DNA of 64,000 nucleotides from Blasia pusilla (taxonomy: Eukaryota), in assembly GCA_050084515.1 (NCBI GenBank), contig CM114271.1, positions 49,042,001-49,106,000 on the forward strand, given 5' to 3'. The translations under genes were made by a program, and so were the position numbers. The notes below the pieces were generated by a model, which was given only the letters and a program-made list of their open reading frames with translations, was not told the DNA's origin and ran no database searches. This document shows, one piece after another, positions 26,589 to 45,769 of this stretch (the first letter of the stretch is position 1; each line of letters begins with the position of its first letter).

Positions 26589-27997
26589 AATATCTAAAAT
26601 TATTATATATACACAAGTTTTCTTCGAGTAAAAAGTTCTAAATCTTCAAAAGTACAAAATTGCGTGTATCACACTTGCATATATAGCATTTTTGTGGATA
26701 TAGGGCATGCAATTGCCCTAGTAGGGATTGCGTGTATGACCCGAGAGAGTGTTGGTAGCTTATATGAGCTAGTTCGGGAGGCTTAGGGTGAGCTTGAGTG
26801 TTGAGTGTCCATGAGGTCGGGTGTATCATCACGAGATTAGCATTACCATAGGTGAGCTAGTGAGGAGTGTGGGAGACTCTTGGTGAGTGTGAGTGATTGT
26901 GTCGCAACCCTCATAACCAAACAAGCGCCAAGCGGAACATCTGAACTCTAGTGGGCTAACGCTAGGATGGTTTGCATATTGGAGAGGTCCCTTGAAGGAA
27001 ACACTGGATATGAGACGCAAACAAGGTGATTTTTTCATGTATTTATGATTGCGACTAGGAAACGTGAACCAAACATGAACCAAGACTTGAGAGGAGTTGA
27101 GTTTGGGAAGAGTGGTTCTCAAAGAGGTGAGAATCGGATTCGGAAGATGACTAGGGAGGAGGGGTTTTTATTATATTTTGGATCATAATTTTAGTTCCAA
27201 GATACATTTGGGACAAGGAAGGTGGCGGTGGAAAGCTTATGCAAAGGCAGTTCCAATGCACCAAAAACTTAGCAAATACACAAGCAAAGGCTAAGAAACT
27301 TCCCAAAAATGACTGAATGGAGAGTTGGGTTGAGGGCCAAAAAGAGGGGCCCAAGAGTCTTTTCACAAAAGATAGGGGGAGGGCGGAGAACCCCAAAATT
27401 ACTAGTAAGGGGGAAGGCCTCCAAGAGTGCTTGCAACTCAAACCCCACTTTGGGGCTCTACGAGGCAAACTAAGGGCACAAAATGGATAGAGAGTAGTTT
27501 GGCATTGGGATTCAAAACCCGAACCAAGTCCAATAAAGTGGATTTCTGAGGCCACTATTGGTTTCCAACCTGCAACTCATTTAGTTGGATCTTATTTGGG
27601 CACTCATGTGAGGTCCATCAGACACTTGGGACTGCTAGGCGTATAAACGCCTTTTTAGGTTACTTGACTATCCAGAAAGTTTGTCCTAAGTCTTGGAAAA
27701 CTCGCCCAAGTTGGGAAGTGAGGAACATTGAAGGTTGAGCTTGATGAAGTGACAAGTTGAGAACTAGATGGGTTGGAAGGCTGATTGACCCAGACCAGAC
27801 TAACATGAGTGTGTTTGGGTGCAGATCAGCAATGAGAGCGTGCCCTACTGAACCTACGCTTCCGCAACACTAGAGATTGATGCTCAAGGGGAGTAGGTGC
27901 TTGATAGCTTGAGCGTGTGAGACAAGGTTGTCATCATAGCGCTCTTCTAGGATTTGGAAGAACAAGGAAGTTTGGGCAGTGGTAGTAGAGTGACAAG

Positions 27998-28569
27998 CAA
28001 GGTCGCATACGGACAAAGTTCGTATCCGCAGACATGTTCGTGTGGACCGGGGTATCCGAGGCCTGCATCCAAGCCCACACCCATTTCCTGGCGCGTAGCC
28101 TAGCCTGGGTGGGTTTAGTGCGGGCCTAGAGCCCACCTTGTGGGCCCTAGGTGCGAGCTTCAGGCCCGCAAAAATTGGTTTGCCAGACCGAAAGGTGATC
28201 TATTGGACCAAATCTTGGTCTAGCGGACTAATTTTGGTAGGCCATGAGCCCACGCCCAAGGCCCGCATGGTAGGCTTGGTGGGGGACCTAAATGCGGGCT
28301 CACGGAAAGCCTCGGGCCCATGCCTTAGAGCCCACACTTGCTTGCCCTAGCCACTTGCCACCCTAGCCCGCGCCCAACCCACCCGGAGTCCATGCCTGCC
28401 CGCCCGAAGCCCACGCCCAACCAGCCCCAAGCATGTCATGTGGACCTGCAAGGCGGGCTCGTGTGCTCTCTGTCTCCTTGGATCTAGGTGGCAGGCTTTA
28501 GGCGGGCTTGGGTACAGGTCGAGCACGTTCGAGGACATGTTCGGACTTGTCCATTTTTGTGTAACCTTG
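27998..28569. mobile_element. Non-autonomous hAT-type MITE (572 bp)
   Basis: TIRs CAAGGTCGCATA / TGTGTAACCTTG, exact 8-bp TSD GTGACAAG (27990-27997, 28570-28577), GC-rich GCCC/GGGC subterminal motifs. Confidence 0.9.
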
Positions 28570-28699
28570 GTGACAAGGAGTGGAGTGAGATATTGAGGAA
28601 TTTTAAGTGAGGAACCACCTCGATTCCCATCTATGGTTAGGTCGTCATCATTGGACAACCAGTGTATTGATGAGATCATAGATGTAGATAGTGTTGCAT

Positions 28700-29990
28700 G
28701 GGGAGAGATGGACAACATGAGCCATCGGCCATGTGTGGTTTCTTGGGTATGGTAGGCACCATAGATCTAGATAATTTCATCCAGGAGTTCGACACATGGT
28801 GCGACTTCCAAGAGATACGAGCCCTTACACGGTTCAACCCTCTCATGGCATGGAAGGGTTTATTCCAACATTTGGAGGATCCTCTGATGGATGACTACAT
28901 GGTGTTTTGGTCCTTACACTCAGTAAAGATCGATGCCTGTAGGATGTATTAGGCTCTACGATATGTATCCACTAGTGGCCATGAGGCATATGATGGGATA
29001 GTGAGGGGGGAGAGACCTACACCATAGCTAGAAGGAGATGATGGTAGTGAAGAGGGTGAGGAGGTAGTGACCACACGTGCTAGGGCATCATCCAATCTCA
29101 ATCCTATAGTGGAGTTCTTTTGACAGTTGGGGAGGAGATACCAAGGTGTGCGGACCAACAAGTGGAAGAGTCTACAAGAATTTCAATGGAGATTGGGTGA
29201 GAGTGTGAGAGAGGCATTCACGTGCATGCGCCAACTGATCATTGCTACATATGTAGTGACTGAGGCGTAGTTAGTGTAGTATTGGTACGGGATTCTAGAC
29301 CAAGAGCTATAGAGGAGAGTTCAAGATGCGATGTTGCTTCATACAGCAAAGCCTAGTGATATTGAAGGTGGTCTCCGAGTTATCTGAGCAGATAGAGCTC
29401 AACACGAGTGAGGGGCAAATTGTGACCATGGGATTTTCACGGGATTTGACACACCCACATGTAGGAGTAGCCCCATAAGTGCCCCCACATGCACCAGTAC
29501 CATGAGAGCAGGCGGATGGGCCTAGAGAGCAGGGCGGGTATTGTGAGTCGGTAAGGCAACGGCCCGCACCGAGATACGTTGCCCGCCAACGACGAGTGAT
29601 GGCTTGTTGGACATGTGGTAGCCCCCATAGGCAAAGAATATGGTAGAGGGCCTAGGTACCTTAGAGTGTCGAGAGTCATCTAGGATGACCCTACCACAGT
29701 TTTAATGTAAACATTGTCACCAATATGGTCACACTAGGGATGGGTAGTTTGATCTTCACTTGGCTTGTCGCCCATCTATTCCCTTCTGTGGGTCTATCTC
29801 TACCCCACCTCTTCATAGCTCGGTCATTCTCGTAGCACCCCGAGTCACCACCAAAACAGTCTCTACCTGAGTTGTACTGCACATAAGCCTCAACCTTGCA
29901 TAATCCTTCAACGAATCCTGATATGACGTGGAGGCTGGAGCCACACTAGCTACTCTTGGCTCCAACTGATTGATGCAAGTGAGGAGACTA
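28700..29990 (+). pseudogene. gag relic of the DNMT-gypsy family
   Basis: FLGMVGTIDLDNFIQEFDTWCD...FNPLMAWKGLFQHLEDPLMDDY aligns with FLGAVSTIELHDFIAEFRSWCD...FNPFTAWNGIFQHLEGAPMDDY (43605-44039). Confidence 0.85.
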
Positions 29991-30294
29991 TGAAGGCGTA
30001 TGATAATTGTAAAATGCAAGTGTGGATAATTGTAACTAAATCTCCCATCGCTTTTGTGTTGTGAATTTGATGTGACTCTTTTATGGGGATGGAAAATTAC
30101 GGGAAAAAACATTCTAGGTCTTCATTGCTATAAGTTTTTATTCACAATGTTTTATATATGATGCAAGAAGTTGACGTGGTAATTATAAAGCCTACGTTCG
30201 AGACGATATGAGTAGATTTGATGGTGCAAGGGATTATGGTATGAGGAGTAATAGTAGCAAGGAAGACCATACAAATCAGATTTTATAGTTGCTT

Positions 30295-33200
30295 TTATGA
30301 AGGACCTGTGAGAAAATAGAATGTGACGAAATCACTTAAATATGTTATAAATCTTGAAGATTCAAAGTGGCCTAGTGCGTTCGTGTGCTCACAGAGGAGC
30401 TTTGATGGAACCTCAACATAGAGATAACTCGACAAACAAGAATGTGTTACCGTTGCGGCTCTCGACTATTTAACTACTCAAGAAACTAGAATTTTCTAAC
30501 TATTTTCTTCGTTTATATTTATTGGAAAGTTTTAACATGGGCCCCCGTGTCATCATGGAATACCAACGGCTTGCAATGCATCAAGGTGCCGTGCGATGTA
30601 TTAAGGTGTCCCAAACCCTAATGCAATATAAGGTTAGATAATCCTCGTAATGTTACTCCACAAACCACCTACGTCATATTACTATGACTCCCTCATCATC
30701 TAAGTTGAAACCATCAATCTAAGTTACATTTCATGTACGGAGCCCCATCAGATTAATGGTGCATGACAAGAAGTGGATGTTGAGAATCCAACAAATAACG
30801 TTTTATTCCATTACCATCTATGGGACTATGGGCAAGAGATAGGTTATCTTCCATTACGATGCATTTTATTTGTAGAAAATACTCATCCATTGTGCATTCC
30901 ATTACAAGATGCCCAAGCCACCTTTTTCGATAATCGTGTTTTTATGACTATTGCTAATTTAATTGTTCAAGCAACGTCTTTTCATTGACTTCAATTATGA
31001 CCTTATGAAGAGAAGGTCCAATCACGAAAAAACCATTTTAACCTATCTAATTACTAGTGGTTGAGTCTATGTGTGGACAATAAGATAAAACAACATGCTA
31101 GAATTTTGTTCCTTGAGTTATATTGGATGGGTAAAGAAGCCACATTAGTTGGGTAAAGAGAATGAATTTTAGTGGAATAAGAAAATAATTTATTTAATTA
31201 ATTATTAAAAATATGATTAATTCATATTATAATGGGTGAAATCAGTGGGATAATTTCAATCTTTTAACATTTTTTCCCTTAATTCATATTTAATAGGGAG
31301 GGAAAACGGATTTTAATGCATAAGGAGTAGATATTATTTAAATTTTATTGAAGGGTAGAGTTATTTAGGGAAAAGGGATAACCTTTAAATTTTAACTCAA
31401 AAGTGGAATTAATTAGAAAGATGGAATACTATTACTCTTCTAAGATTTAAGAATATGAAAATTTTATTTAAATTTTGTAGTAAAAATCATGATTATTTTT
31501 AAAAATAATCATATTAATTCATATTTGATATTTTAGGAAGAGAAAATCAATTTGAATGGAAAAGGGAAATAATTTCATTTAATTAAGAATTTAGTCAATT
31601 AAACTAGTGGATATTATTCAAACTTTCATGGACCAATAGAATTATTTTGGGGAATTGGATATTATTTAAAGGTGAAATATTATTACTCTTTTAAGATTTA
31701 AAAAAATTAAAATTATATTTCATTTTCATATATAATGGCGCACGATAAGATTTTTTATAGTGTAGAAATATTTTTCACAGGCAGGCTAACTAGTCTTAAC
31801 AATGTGAACTTACCATTTGGAAGGGAGCTTTATTTCAAGTTTGACTTCACTTATTTGGGAGTAGATGGAAGAAAGCCCCACCTCATATTATTGGAGAGTT
31901 CCTTTCATTTTGAGATCACCTCTCCTTTAATCACATCTCTTTTTTATCCAAAAAATTCAATTATAATTTAAAATTACTAGTAAGGTGCCCGTGCTATGCA
32001 CGAAAAATAAAAAGGTGTCTGAAAAGCTTTTGAAAGAACTAATGATGTTGCATACATATTTTCTTGCTAAACATTACCGAGACAAAACCACAAAGAGAAT
32101 ATTCTAAACCACAAAGAGAATATTCTAAAGGTGTGCGTACCCGTAGGATTGTATGTCTCAGATGTAGACGGGGGATCTCATAGACCTTGACCATGTCCAA
32201 ACCATTGCTACCTGCACAAAATCTGTACCTAACGTGAATATGTAAACTTGATCCGTTTAGGGTCAAGTTTACATGACCCGGACAATCAAAGAGGTTCTAG
32301 GCTAATGCACAATGCGTGAAGCATTTGGGTTCAACACGGGAAGTCGGATTGATCTAGTGTTGAAGGATGATCCATAAACTTCTAATTATGCAACTACCAA
32401 ATTAAAGCACGCTCATTGTTGAAGGCTTGGCTACAATATCATAGGTATAATCATCTCTACCCTAAAAATCCCATGGTGATTGTGAATTGCAGAAGTAGAC
32501 TTCAACAACGGCATAATTGTGCACATTACATTGCGAGTTTTTGAAGCCAGGGCGAACTAACACGTCATAAGGTAACTTATTGTATGGACAAGATTGATTC
32601 CACCAAAACGTTATCCAACAAAATGGTCGATTGTCCTTGCGGATTATGAGATCTCTGTCACAAGGCTGAAAACTGAAATGAATGCCATGCACAGATCGTT
32701 GATAGGGATCCACAAATACAAAGTCTAGCTTAGGCATAGCATGTGCTCTAATGCTACTCACGAGCACGAATTAATCTCTCATGGGCATGAAGACCTTGAC
32801 CCTATCTTCATAATTCCAGTTTCAGTGACGTGACCGAAACGCACAAGAATATCTCCTTCCGTAAATATGTAAGTCCAGTTCCATATGGAGTTCCCCTCTA
32901 TGAAGAAGCTGTTATCTACATAAAAGTTCAACTTGGCCATTGAATCCTGGCCATGGTACACCATATTTGTGCTTTGCGAGAATGATCACGTCAATGGGTT
33001 GGGGGTAAAATACATTGCAGATTATCCCTATCTATAGTAGAACATTGACCTTGACAGATATAGAATCATCATCCATATCTTCGTCTCCTTTTGCCAAGTC
33101 TAACTCTGAATCCGCATGTAGAAAGATGGCTAAGGGGGAGACTATGAGGATTGCTCCTTGATTTCATTGGTTGATTGATTGATTGAGAGACTAAGTGATT

Positions 33201-33885
33201 GGCTGATTGGAAAAGAGGAAAGAAGCTACCGCCATGCTGATTTCAGATTTACATTTAACGTCAGCGAATCTTGATGGATTTTTTCTCGCATTTGCCCACT
33301 TCAAGAATTGTGCATTTGAATGGACTCTCATTTTTGTCAATCATTTTTTGTAGATGCAATCGTCATTGTCTTATTTCAAAGCCGTGGGATTGCCAATTGG
33401 GGACCGCATGAATCCCCCTTCCTCTCAAAACTTGGGGCAATTGAATTCTATACGTCTTATTGGATTCTCAACATCCACTCCTCTGAGCACCATTGATTTG
33501 ATCGGCCCCCTTGTATGAGGAGAAGCCTAGATCGATGGTTCCGACTTAGATGTCGAAGGAGTCATAGTAATATGACGTAGGTGGTTTACGGAGTAGCGTT
33601 ACTAGGTTTATCTAACCCTATATTGCATCAGGGTGCGAGGTTTTCTTCATTTCTATTAATAGAAACGAAGAAAAATAGGTAAAAACCCTAGTTTTCCCGA
33701 GTAGTCAAATAGTCAGGAGCCAAAGCGGTAGCGCATTCTCGTATGTCGAGTTATCTCCCAGTTCAGGTTCCATCGAAGCTCTTCTGTGAGCGCACGGACG
33801 GACTAGGCCACTTTGTATCTCTAAGTTTTTGTAAAGATTTCAGTGATTTAATCACTTTCTATTTTCTCACATGTCTATCCATAGG
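30295..33885. mobile_element. Long-TIR (Mutator/foldback-like) non-autonomous element
   Basis: ~30300-30720 is an imperfect inverted repeat of ~33527-33880 (e.g. aaaccacctacgtcatattactatgactcc / ggagtcatagtaatatgacgtaggtggttt). No clear TSD, so the superfamily is uncertain. Confidence 0.7.
31977..32002 (-). mobile_element. Helitron 3' terminus
   Basis: Minus strand CGTGCatagcacgGGCACCTTACTAG|T: a CGTGC/GCACG hairpin about 10 nt before CTAG followed by T. Confidence 0.65.
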
Positions 33886-33944
33886 GACCAAAAAACCAAG
33901 GGATTTGATCCGTCCAAAAACAAATAGAGAGATCTGTCCACGAA

Positions 33945-39170
<5,226 letters not shown>

Positions 39171-41198
39171 CCATGAATTCAAGCAAGCTGTGTGCAAGAG
39201 AAAGGACAGATGAAGAGGGGGCGTTACTTGGAAATTCGACTTACTCGGAGTCCCATGGGCATTGTCATGGTAGCCTCACTGGCCACCGCCACGAGGTTCA
39301 CTCTCTGATCCATGTATATCCAACACCCTCTTCCTCCTCTAGCACCGGGCCGGCCACACTCCATCATGAAACCGCCATTTTTTCCCTTCTCCCCCAACTC
39401 TACATGCCACAAAACAAAGATGACAATTTGGGAGCCGCACACATCGCCCTGCTGTCTACCTCAATCCAAACCCTCCTCTCAATTGTTGCGTCTTTCCCTT
39501 TTGAAACCAAATGCAGGACCAGAGAGAGAGAAAGTGGGTCTATGGTCGCTAGATTAACATACGCATTGACGAACACTCTCTCTTGCTCATAACCTCTTTG
39601 TGGAATAATCATCCTCCTCACCTCTCTCTCGCGCACATTGGATTCTTGTAGTCGGACCTCCCTCTCACCGGCATCACCTCCGTGCGTGACGAAATGCAAA
39701 GTTGGCTTCTACTTTCTAGTTGGGGTCACTCTCACTTCACTGAAAATTTGTAAGGGCCGTCCCATCCCCCTGCATGGGATTGGCAGTGCTTCCTCACTGC
39801 GTGCTTTGTTTGCAAAGATCCCCACTCCATCCTACCACCTATGATCCACCAGCCCTGGGCAATCTGCCGTTTCAGCATCCAACTCATGGATGAAAATGAT
39901 TCAAAATGGCATGAAAGAGATGTGCAATTCTAGATTCTAATGATCGAGGCTCCAAATCGAGACCGATGAGTAAACTTCTCCGGCCTTTGCCAATGGTTGT
40001 CGCCCGTTGTGATGGAGGGGAATCTGTCACGTCTCTTAGGATATATTAGTGAGATCTAGTAGAGCGCCTTTGTGAGTAGTGGAGGACAAGCTCATTTGGT
40101 CAAGGATGACCTATTGAAGCCTCAGGAAACTTGAGAGAGCAGGTTTCCCCTTCGTTTCGGCTCATTTGGAGCCATATTGAGAAACTTACTATTTTAGGTA
40201 AGTACCATTTTGAGTATGTTATCGACTTTCTTGTTTTAGTAAGTGGCCCTTGACCTCCTACATCAAGTCAAGATCCAAGGAGATGACTTGGGAGAATAGG
40301 TTACCATGGAGAGAGCTTGGGAGAGGGAAGGGGTATATCCAGGAGAGAGAGCTTGAGAGCTCATTCTCTCTTTGTTGAACCTCTTGGCATGAGGTGGCGG
40401 AGCTATGGTCTCTTGCCTTGTGAGTGTAACCCAAGCCTCTCATTAGGAGAGTGGGTTTGGTTTGGCATGAGAGAGAGTGCACACCTTTGAGAGCTATGGT
40501 GTGAGATGGTGTAGAGAGAAATTAGATCTTACTTTACAAAGAGAGAATGAGAGAACGAGAGAGTGAGAGAGCTTCATGGGGGAACTTGCTGGTCACTCGC
40601 TGTTTTTGCAGGTTGGGGACCGTGTTCCCCACTCAGCGGCTCATAGGAATACTCACCGGAGCAAGGGCTGCTTTGATTATTCTTTGCACTTGCCGATTTT
40701 TTGTGTGAAAGAATGGCGCGCGGAAGCGCTGCCCAATTTCTGATAGGGCTTGATTATGGGGGCGGGTTGCCCCATGCCGCTGCTCTCGGGAGCACCGTGT
40801 AGCTTGCTGATTATTTTTTACTGGAACGCCCGATTCTAAATATTATGAAGCTATGCACGCTGTGCAACAAACGGTGCGCAATTAAGAGTTGCGAGAAAAA
40901 AACAACATCTAACCCGATGCTAATCCTTCTAAAGAGATCTAACACTCGAATATCCTCCTCCGAGATACACCACTATGGCCAATCTTGAAAAATTGCCATT
41001 GCTAGGCGATTCTTAGGGTTAAATTGTTCGAACCCTAAATCAACCGCCACGCCGGCAGCGGCCGTCACCGTCATAATTATCGTCGATGGTCAACCGTCAC
41101 CATCAACGATCAACTATCACCGTCAATGATCCACCATCTGTTGTCCACCCTTAGGTTGCCATTGCCGCCGTTATGGAGTGGAGGGTCTTCCACGACGT

Positions 41199-41467
41199 TG
41201 TCGTGTCGAGAGCCTTTCTTCGAGTAAGGGCAGGCCTTCCTGCTTGCGGCAAACGCGGTCGATGCAAGATGAACTCTTTGAGAAGATCTCCTTTTTCAAT
41301 ATAAAATTATCATGTTCTCTCACGATAGGTATCACAAATGGAAGTGCCGAGGCGATCACTTCTTCGTAACATCGGACCCCAAAATTTCTAACTATAAAAT
41401 CCCTATAAACTATTTTACGCTTGTATACGAGGATGATAGCACAATTAGTATTAAACCCTACTTGAGC
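41199..41467 (-). mobile_element. LTR B copy B3, 3' portion (the rest lies at 44773-45768 because of an inversion)
   Basis: Matches 23633-23912 with a small deletion. Inserted after ACGT (41195-41198) in the family A terminal repeat. Confidence 0.88.
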
Positions 41468-44039
41468 GGCGCCCATCATCTGACTGCCATCCTGGTATGT
41501 AGGACGCTGACTCCTCCCAGTAATCTAGGGAAAACCCCATCGGGTTTAACACTCCTCCACCAACCAAGACGTCGTAGGACTCTGCATCAATCACTATCGC
41601 CTTGGCTCGCACCACGGACTCATCTGTAGGATGTCCCGGGCAAATCCTCGCCACAACCTCCTGTCGGGTGATATATTGTGTGGTACTCGCTCCACCCAAG
41701 AATGTCTGTATCTGGAATGGACAACGCTCCACATCGGCTCTCGTCAAGCCCAATCCTCAGAATGACGCTTTCCCCAACATCAGGGGTTGCGCTCCTGAAT
41801 CCAACAAGATGTGCTGCGGACTAAAAGCTCTACCTACGAGACTCACCAACTGGAAGACTGATCCTCGGTTATCCAGCAACACAACACCAGGAGAAGCCAT
41901 GGCACGCTCTATTGCGGGTCTAGCGGGCATCTCCGCCATCCTAGTAGCCGCAGCCTGCCATGAATCTTACCTGGACGGCCCATGCATCCGCTCCAAGGGC
42001 AGGTCCATCACCTCCTCTGCAATCACCTCTGAATGTGATGCAGGAACTCCAACTCCACACTCACATAGCGTAGCGGCCAGCCAAAAAGCCTCGGCAGGCG
42101 TACCCCCAAACGTCATAACATCGGAAGAAAAAAATAAAGGAGCGCGATACACAATGGTGGACGACCCCAACAACGTGCTCGACACATGCCCCTCCTGAGC
42201 ATCAACAATAGGAGTTGTTGCACTCGCTTTTCCCATCGCCCTCCGTGCATGCACACCAACAACATCACCAACTCTCCAAGAACTGTGATCAGGACCCATC
42301 GATGGAGTCCTCATCGCCTCGGACAACGTGAAAGATTGAGGAAGCCTAGTATGTTTCCTGGCTTCCCCTCGCTATGGATCCAGCTCTGCGGCTGCTCCAT
42401 ATGTCACAAGTGCGGCTGCCTCCATCTGGACAATCCCGCACATCCAACCAGGATCCTCCATATCTCTAGCTGCTCCATATGATGTTGATGCCACGGATCC
42501 GGCATCGGGTAATCTCAATGCCATAGCGGCAATTTGCTCCTGTAGTTGATGTATCTGAGCAGCCATCCTAGCCTCACGCCCGACATCTCCCTCGATGCGT
42601 CTAGGTGGTAGGACTCTACCTCCTCCGCGGGCAGCTCCAACACCCTGTCGGGCAACCCCAGCTCCTTGTCCCCCAACACGACCGCCTGGTGCACGATCTC
42701 TAGGCCCACTCGGATCGGCTTCTCGCTCTGGTGCCTTCTCTGGCCCTTGGTCCGAACATAACTCAGGATGTAAACTAAAACACTTGGCGCCTGTATGACC
42801 ATACCTCTCACAGTAGTCATATTGATAACCTCCTAGTGCAACACCATCTCCTCCTCCATGCTGAGGCACACTTCCATGACCCTGACGAGTGCAATCGCGC
42901 TGATGATGGGCTCCACCAGATGACCAACAAGTAATAGTAGGCGGCTACTGCTGAGCCGCATATGAAGGTGCAGATCTCTATGGCACGGCCTCCCGGTATC
43001 CTCCCAGAGCTCGTGGTACCACAGTCGACCTATCTCGGAGTCCACGTTGCTGCACAAGTGGTGCAGATAATCGCGACTGCTCTCGCCTAGAACCCATGGT
43101 GGCTACGCTCTCCTCCGCCTTGTTGCGCTCAATATTCTCGGCGGTCCTAAAATCATCTTTCAACGTAGGGGAGGTGTTCATAAGAAGCACCCCCTCCCGC
43201 ACCCGTGTCCGTAGGGTCTGATCCAACATCGCGTACCATGAATGGATAGCTTGAGCCTCTATCACCCCCTGAGTGACGTTGATCAATCGGCGTAAGCGAG
43301 TGTAAGCCTCACACAAACTCTCACGCGGGCGCCTCTGGAAGTTGTGGTTGCTCCGCAACTTCTCCGTCCGTACCCCTTGGTAGCTCGCCCTCAACTCACC
43401 AAAGAACTCAACCACAGGGTTGAACCTGAGACAAACCCGACTACGCGATGCAACTGCTCCCGTGCGAGTGACCCCTCCTAAAATGTCACAAGTGGAAGAG
43501 GAAGTAGCCTCTCCTGACTCCTCCTCATCTGGGAACGGCTCCGTCCATGACACATAATGTGGGTCATAGTAGAGCCTCCACACCTCTATCTTACGTGCAT
43601 ATCTCTAAGAGAACTCATGGTAATCGTCCATGGGCGCCCCCTCTAAATGCTGGAATATCCCGTTCCATGCTGTAAACGGATTGAACTCTCTAGAGTTCCT
43701 GGCCCGTTGGGAGTCGCACCAACTCCTAAACTCTGCTATGAAATCGTGCAACTCAATCGTACTTACTGCACCTAAAAACCTACGCGGTCCTCTACCCCGG
43801 TCGTCCATCTCGTACGCCCAAGTGGTAGGACCACTCACAATGTGTGGCGATGTGCTCACAAATTCCTCTACACCCTCCCCCTTGTCTGACAATGACACAA
43901 AAGGAGGTCGAGGTGGTCCCTCACGTGGAGACCCTTGGAACCTCGCGCCACTCCAAGTAAAACCTCTAGAGCTACTCTTGGGTTCACCACCTTGCCTCTC
44001 AAAGTCCCGAACGGACGCCCTGATGACCCTCGTGCCCAT
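41468..44039 (-). pseudogene. gag and aspartic protease of family A (inside the inverted segment)
   Basis: gag FQRRPRESLCEAYTRLRRL; zinc knuckle DYCERYGHTGAKC; protease ILLDSGAQPLMLGK...YDVLVGG. Confidence 0.88.
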
Positions 44040-44772
44040 CTCACTCGATCACTCTCGCCTCGCGAGTAATCCCTTAATCACTCATCCCAAACATACGGCA
44101 CCCAATCTACACTCTCCCTCTCCGAGACGTGTAATGTGCGGCAACAAGCGGTGTGGTGCGGCAAATCGACCAGACTATCATCTCAGCGACAGCCTACCCT
44201 CAACTCCAAACATCCCACACAGGTCTATGTCCCCTAAACCACATATATAAATGATGCTCTCAGCATCCACACACCCAATATCCCCAAATAAACTACCAAA
44301 ATCCCAGAAATCCCTCACATGTGCAGGATAAGGGACCAGAATGGGTAACCTTAATACATGTCGATGTCGCTCCTCAACAATTGTAAATCTCGACCCCCAC
44401 TCGGTCGTGGAGGCAACTCCTCCAATCAGCAAGTCATACTCCTTGATGGTGGGATGCGACACTCAACAACATACCCTCCTCAATCAACAATAAACCCACA
44501 CTCTGCTCCACAATGACGATGCGACTCCGCGATCGAGACGGTGCGGTGCGGCCACGAGCGGCAATCAACGACGCGTTGCGACTACGGGGATCACGGCACG
44601 GTACTCGATTGTCCTCGAGAGGATACCAATCACAACATAGCAGCATGAAATCAAAACTCAAACACCATAACAGAGGTCATCTGCCATCATTGATTGATGA
44701 CGAAACTTTGATGAAGGTGGCGGCCAAAACAAAGTACGTGGTGGCGACGCAAGTCAGAGAATCAACAAACTT

Positions 44773-45768
44773 TGTCGTATAATAAAATCAGCCACTGTGT
44801 AAACTTCTTCCTCATTAAGTGTTAGATAGATTTTTATTAGTATTAAGTAAATTAGCTTAGGAAAAGGAAGTTCCCGTGTTTAAACCTCTTTATGGCGTCT
44901 CTTTTATGTGGGCCCAATTTTAGAAAAGAATTCATAAATAAAAGATGACTTTATAAAAGTAAAGTAGTGAGGTTGGTGCTTTAATGAAAAGCAAAAGTAG
45001 GCTTGGTTGATGACTAGGTTAGTTTGGGTAATTTGGAAAATATCAATTGGATAAAAGAGGATATTTTGGAAGAGATAAGAGGAAATCTACTTGTGTCAAA
45101 ATGTGATTGGCTAAGCCTTGAGAGGAAACCATGTGGCACAAGATAAGTTTAGTTCTATTTCGTATTCTTCTGGATCTCTTGTGAGTATATAAAGAGGATG
45201 GACCTTCAAGGGTTCATCACCTTCTATTCCACATCTTGAGTCTTTTGTGTCACTCTTGAGTGTATGACTTTGGGATTGCTTGCTCTTCCAATGAGATTGG
45301 ATCATCCCTCTTGGGAGAATAACTTGACCATGGTCTATTCTTCGAGAGGTTTCTAGAGTGTGGTGTGTGTGTGTCGAGATGAGAGGTTTGTCACCTTAGA
45401 GGAGTTTAGTCATACTAAAATAGTGAATGTTTTGGCTTGTTACTTCCCCAATGAGAGTGGATTACCCCTCTTGGGAGAATAACTCCGGCAAAACCCATTC
45501 TTGAGGAGAATAGAGAATGTCTATCAAGCATGGATACGGGTGGAGCACGAGTTGTGCCCGAATTTCCTTTCCTCAATCCATACCATGTCAAGATACTCTT
45601 TGTAGATAGGCACTGGTTCACTCGCTATTTAGTTTATCACTTTGAGGAAGCGTTTATGAACCAGGTCATTCAATCTCTAACTCCGGTGATCCTTCCTATC
45701 ATCACATATGGAAGGACATGGGATTATACTTTGTATGTCCTTATATAGCGATCCATGAACGTCAATAA
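44773..45768 (+). mobile_element. LTR B copy B3, 5' portion
   Basis: TGTCGTATAATAAAATCAG start; collinear with 14476-15470. Confidence 0.9.
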
Positions 45769-45769
45769 G

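Larger units (their letters stand above)
14250..26673 (-). mobile_element. Ty3/gypsy LTR retrotransposon (family C) with extra ORFs; 5' LTR mostly deleted
   Basis: TG...CA ends (tgtaatg at 14250, tatcaca at 26673) and 5-bp TSD CTTGC (14245-14249, 26674-26678). LTR sequence at 26580-26673 repeats 16712-16805. Order is gag-PR-RT-RH-INT on the minus strand. Confidence 0.92.
13283..29990 (+). mobile_element. 5' part (LTR/leader plus gag relic) of another member of the DNMT-gypsy family, host of the 14250-26673 element and the hAT MITE
   Basis: Starts TGTCACATCTTAG at 13283, like TGTCACGTCTCTTAG at 40025. The flanks rejoin across the CTTGC TSD. The gag relic at 28.7-30 kb is homologous to the 43-44 kb gag. 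Confidence 0.55.

Noticed and set aside
26900-27754. Possible further solo LTR (TGTCGC...TGACA)
   Set aside because: Flanks (gattg / agttg) do not give a convincing TSD and there is no second copy in the window.
44605-44632. TGGTATCC on the minus strand as a tRNA-Met PBS of family A
   Set aside because: Only 7 nt match TGGTATCAGAGC and it does not follow the CACGACA terminus.
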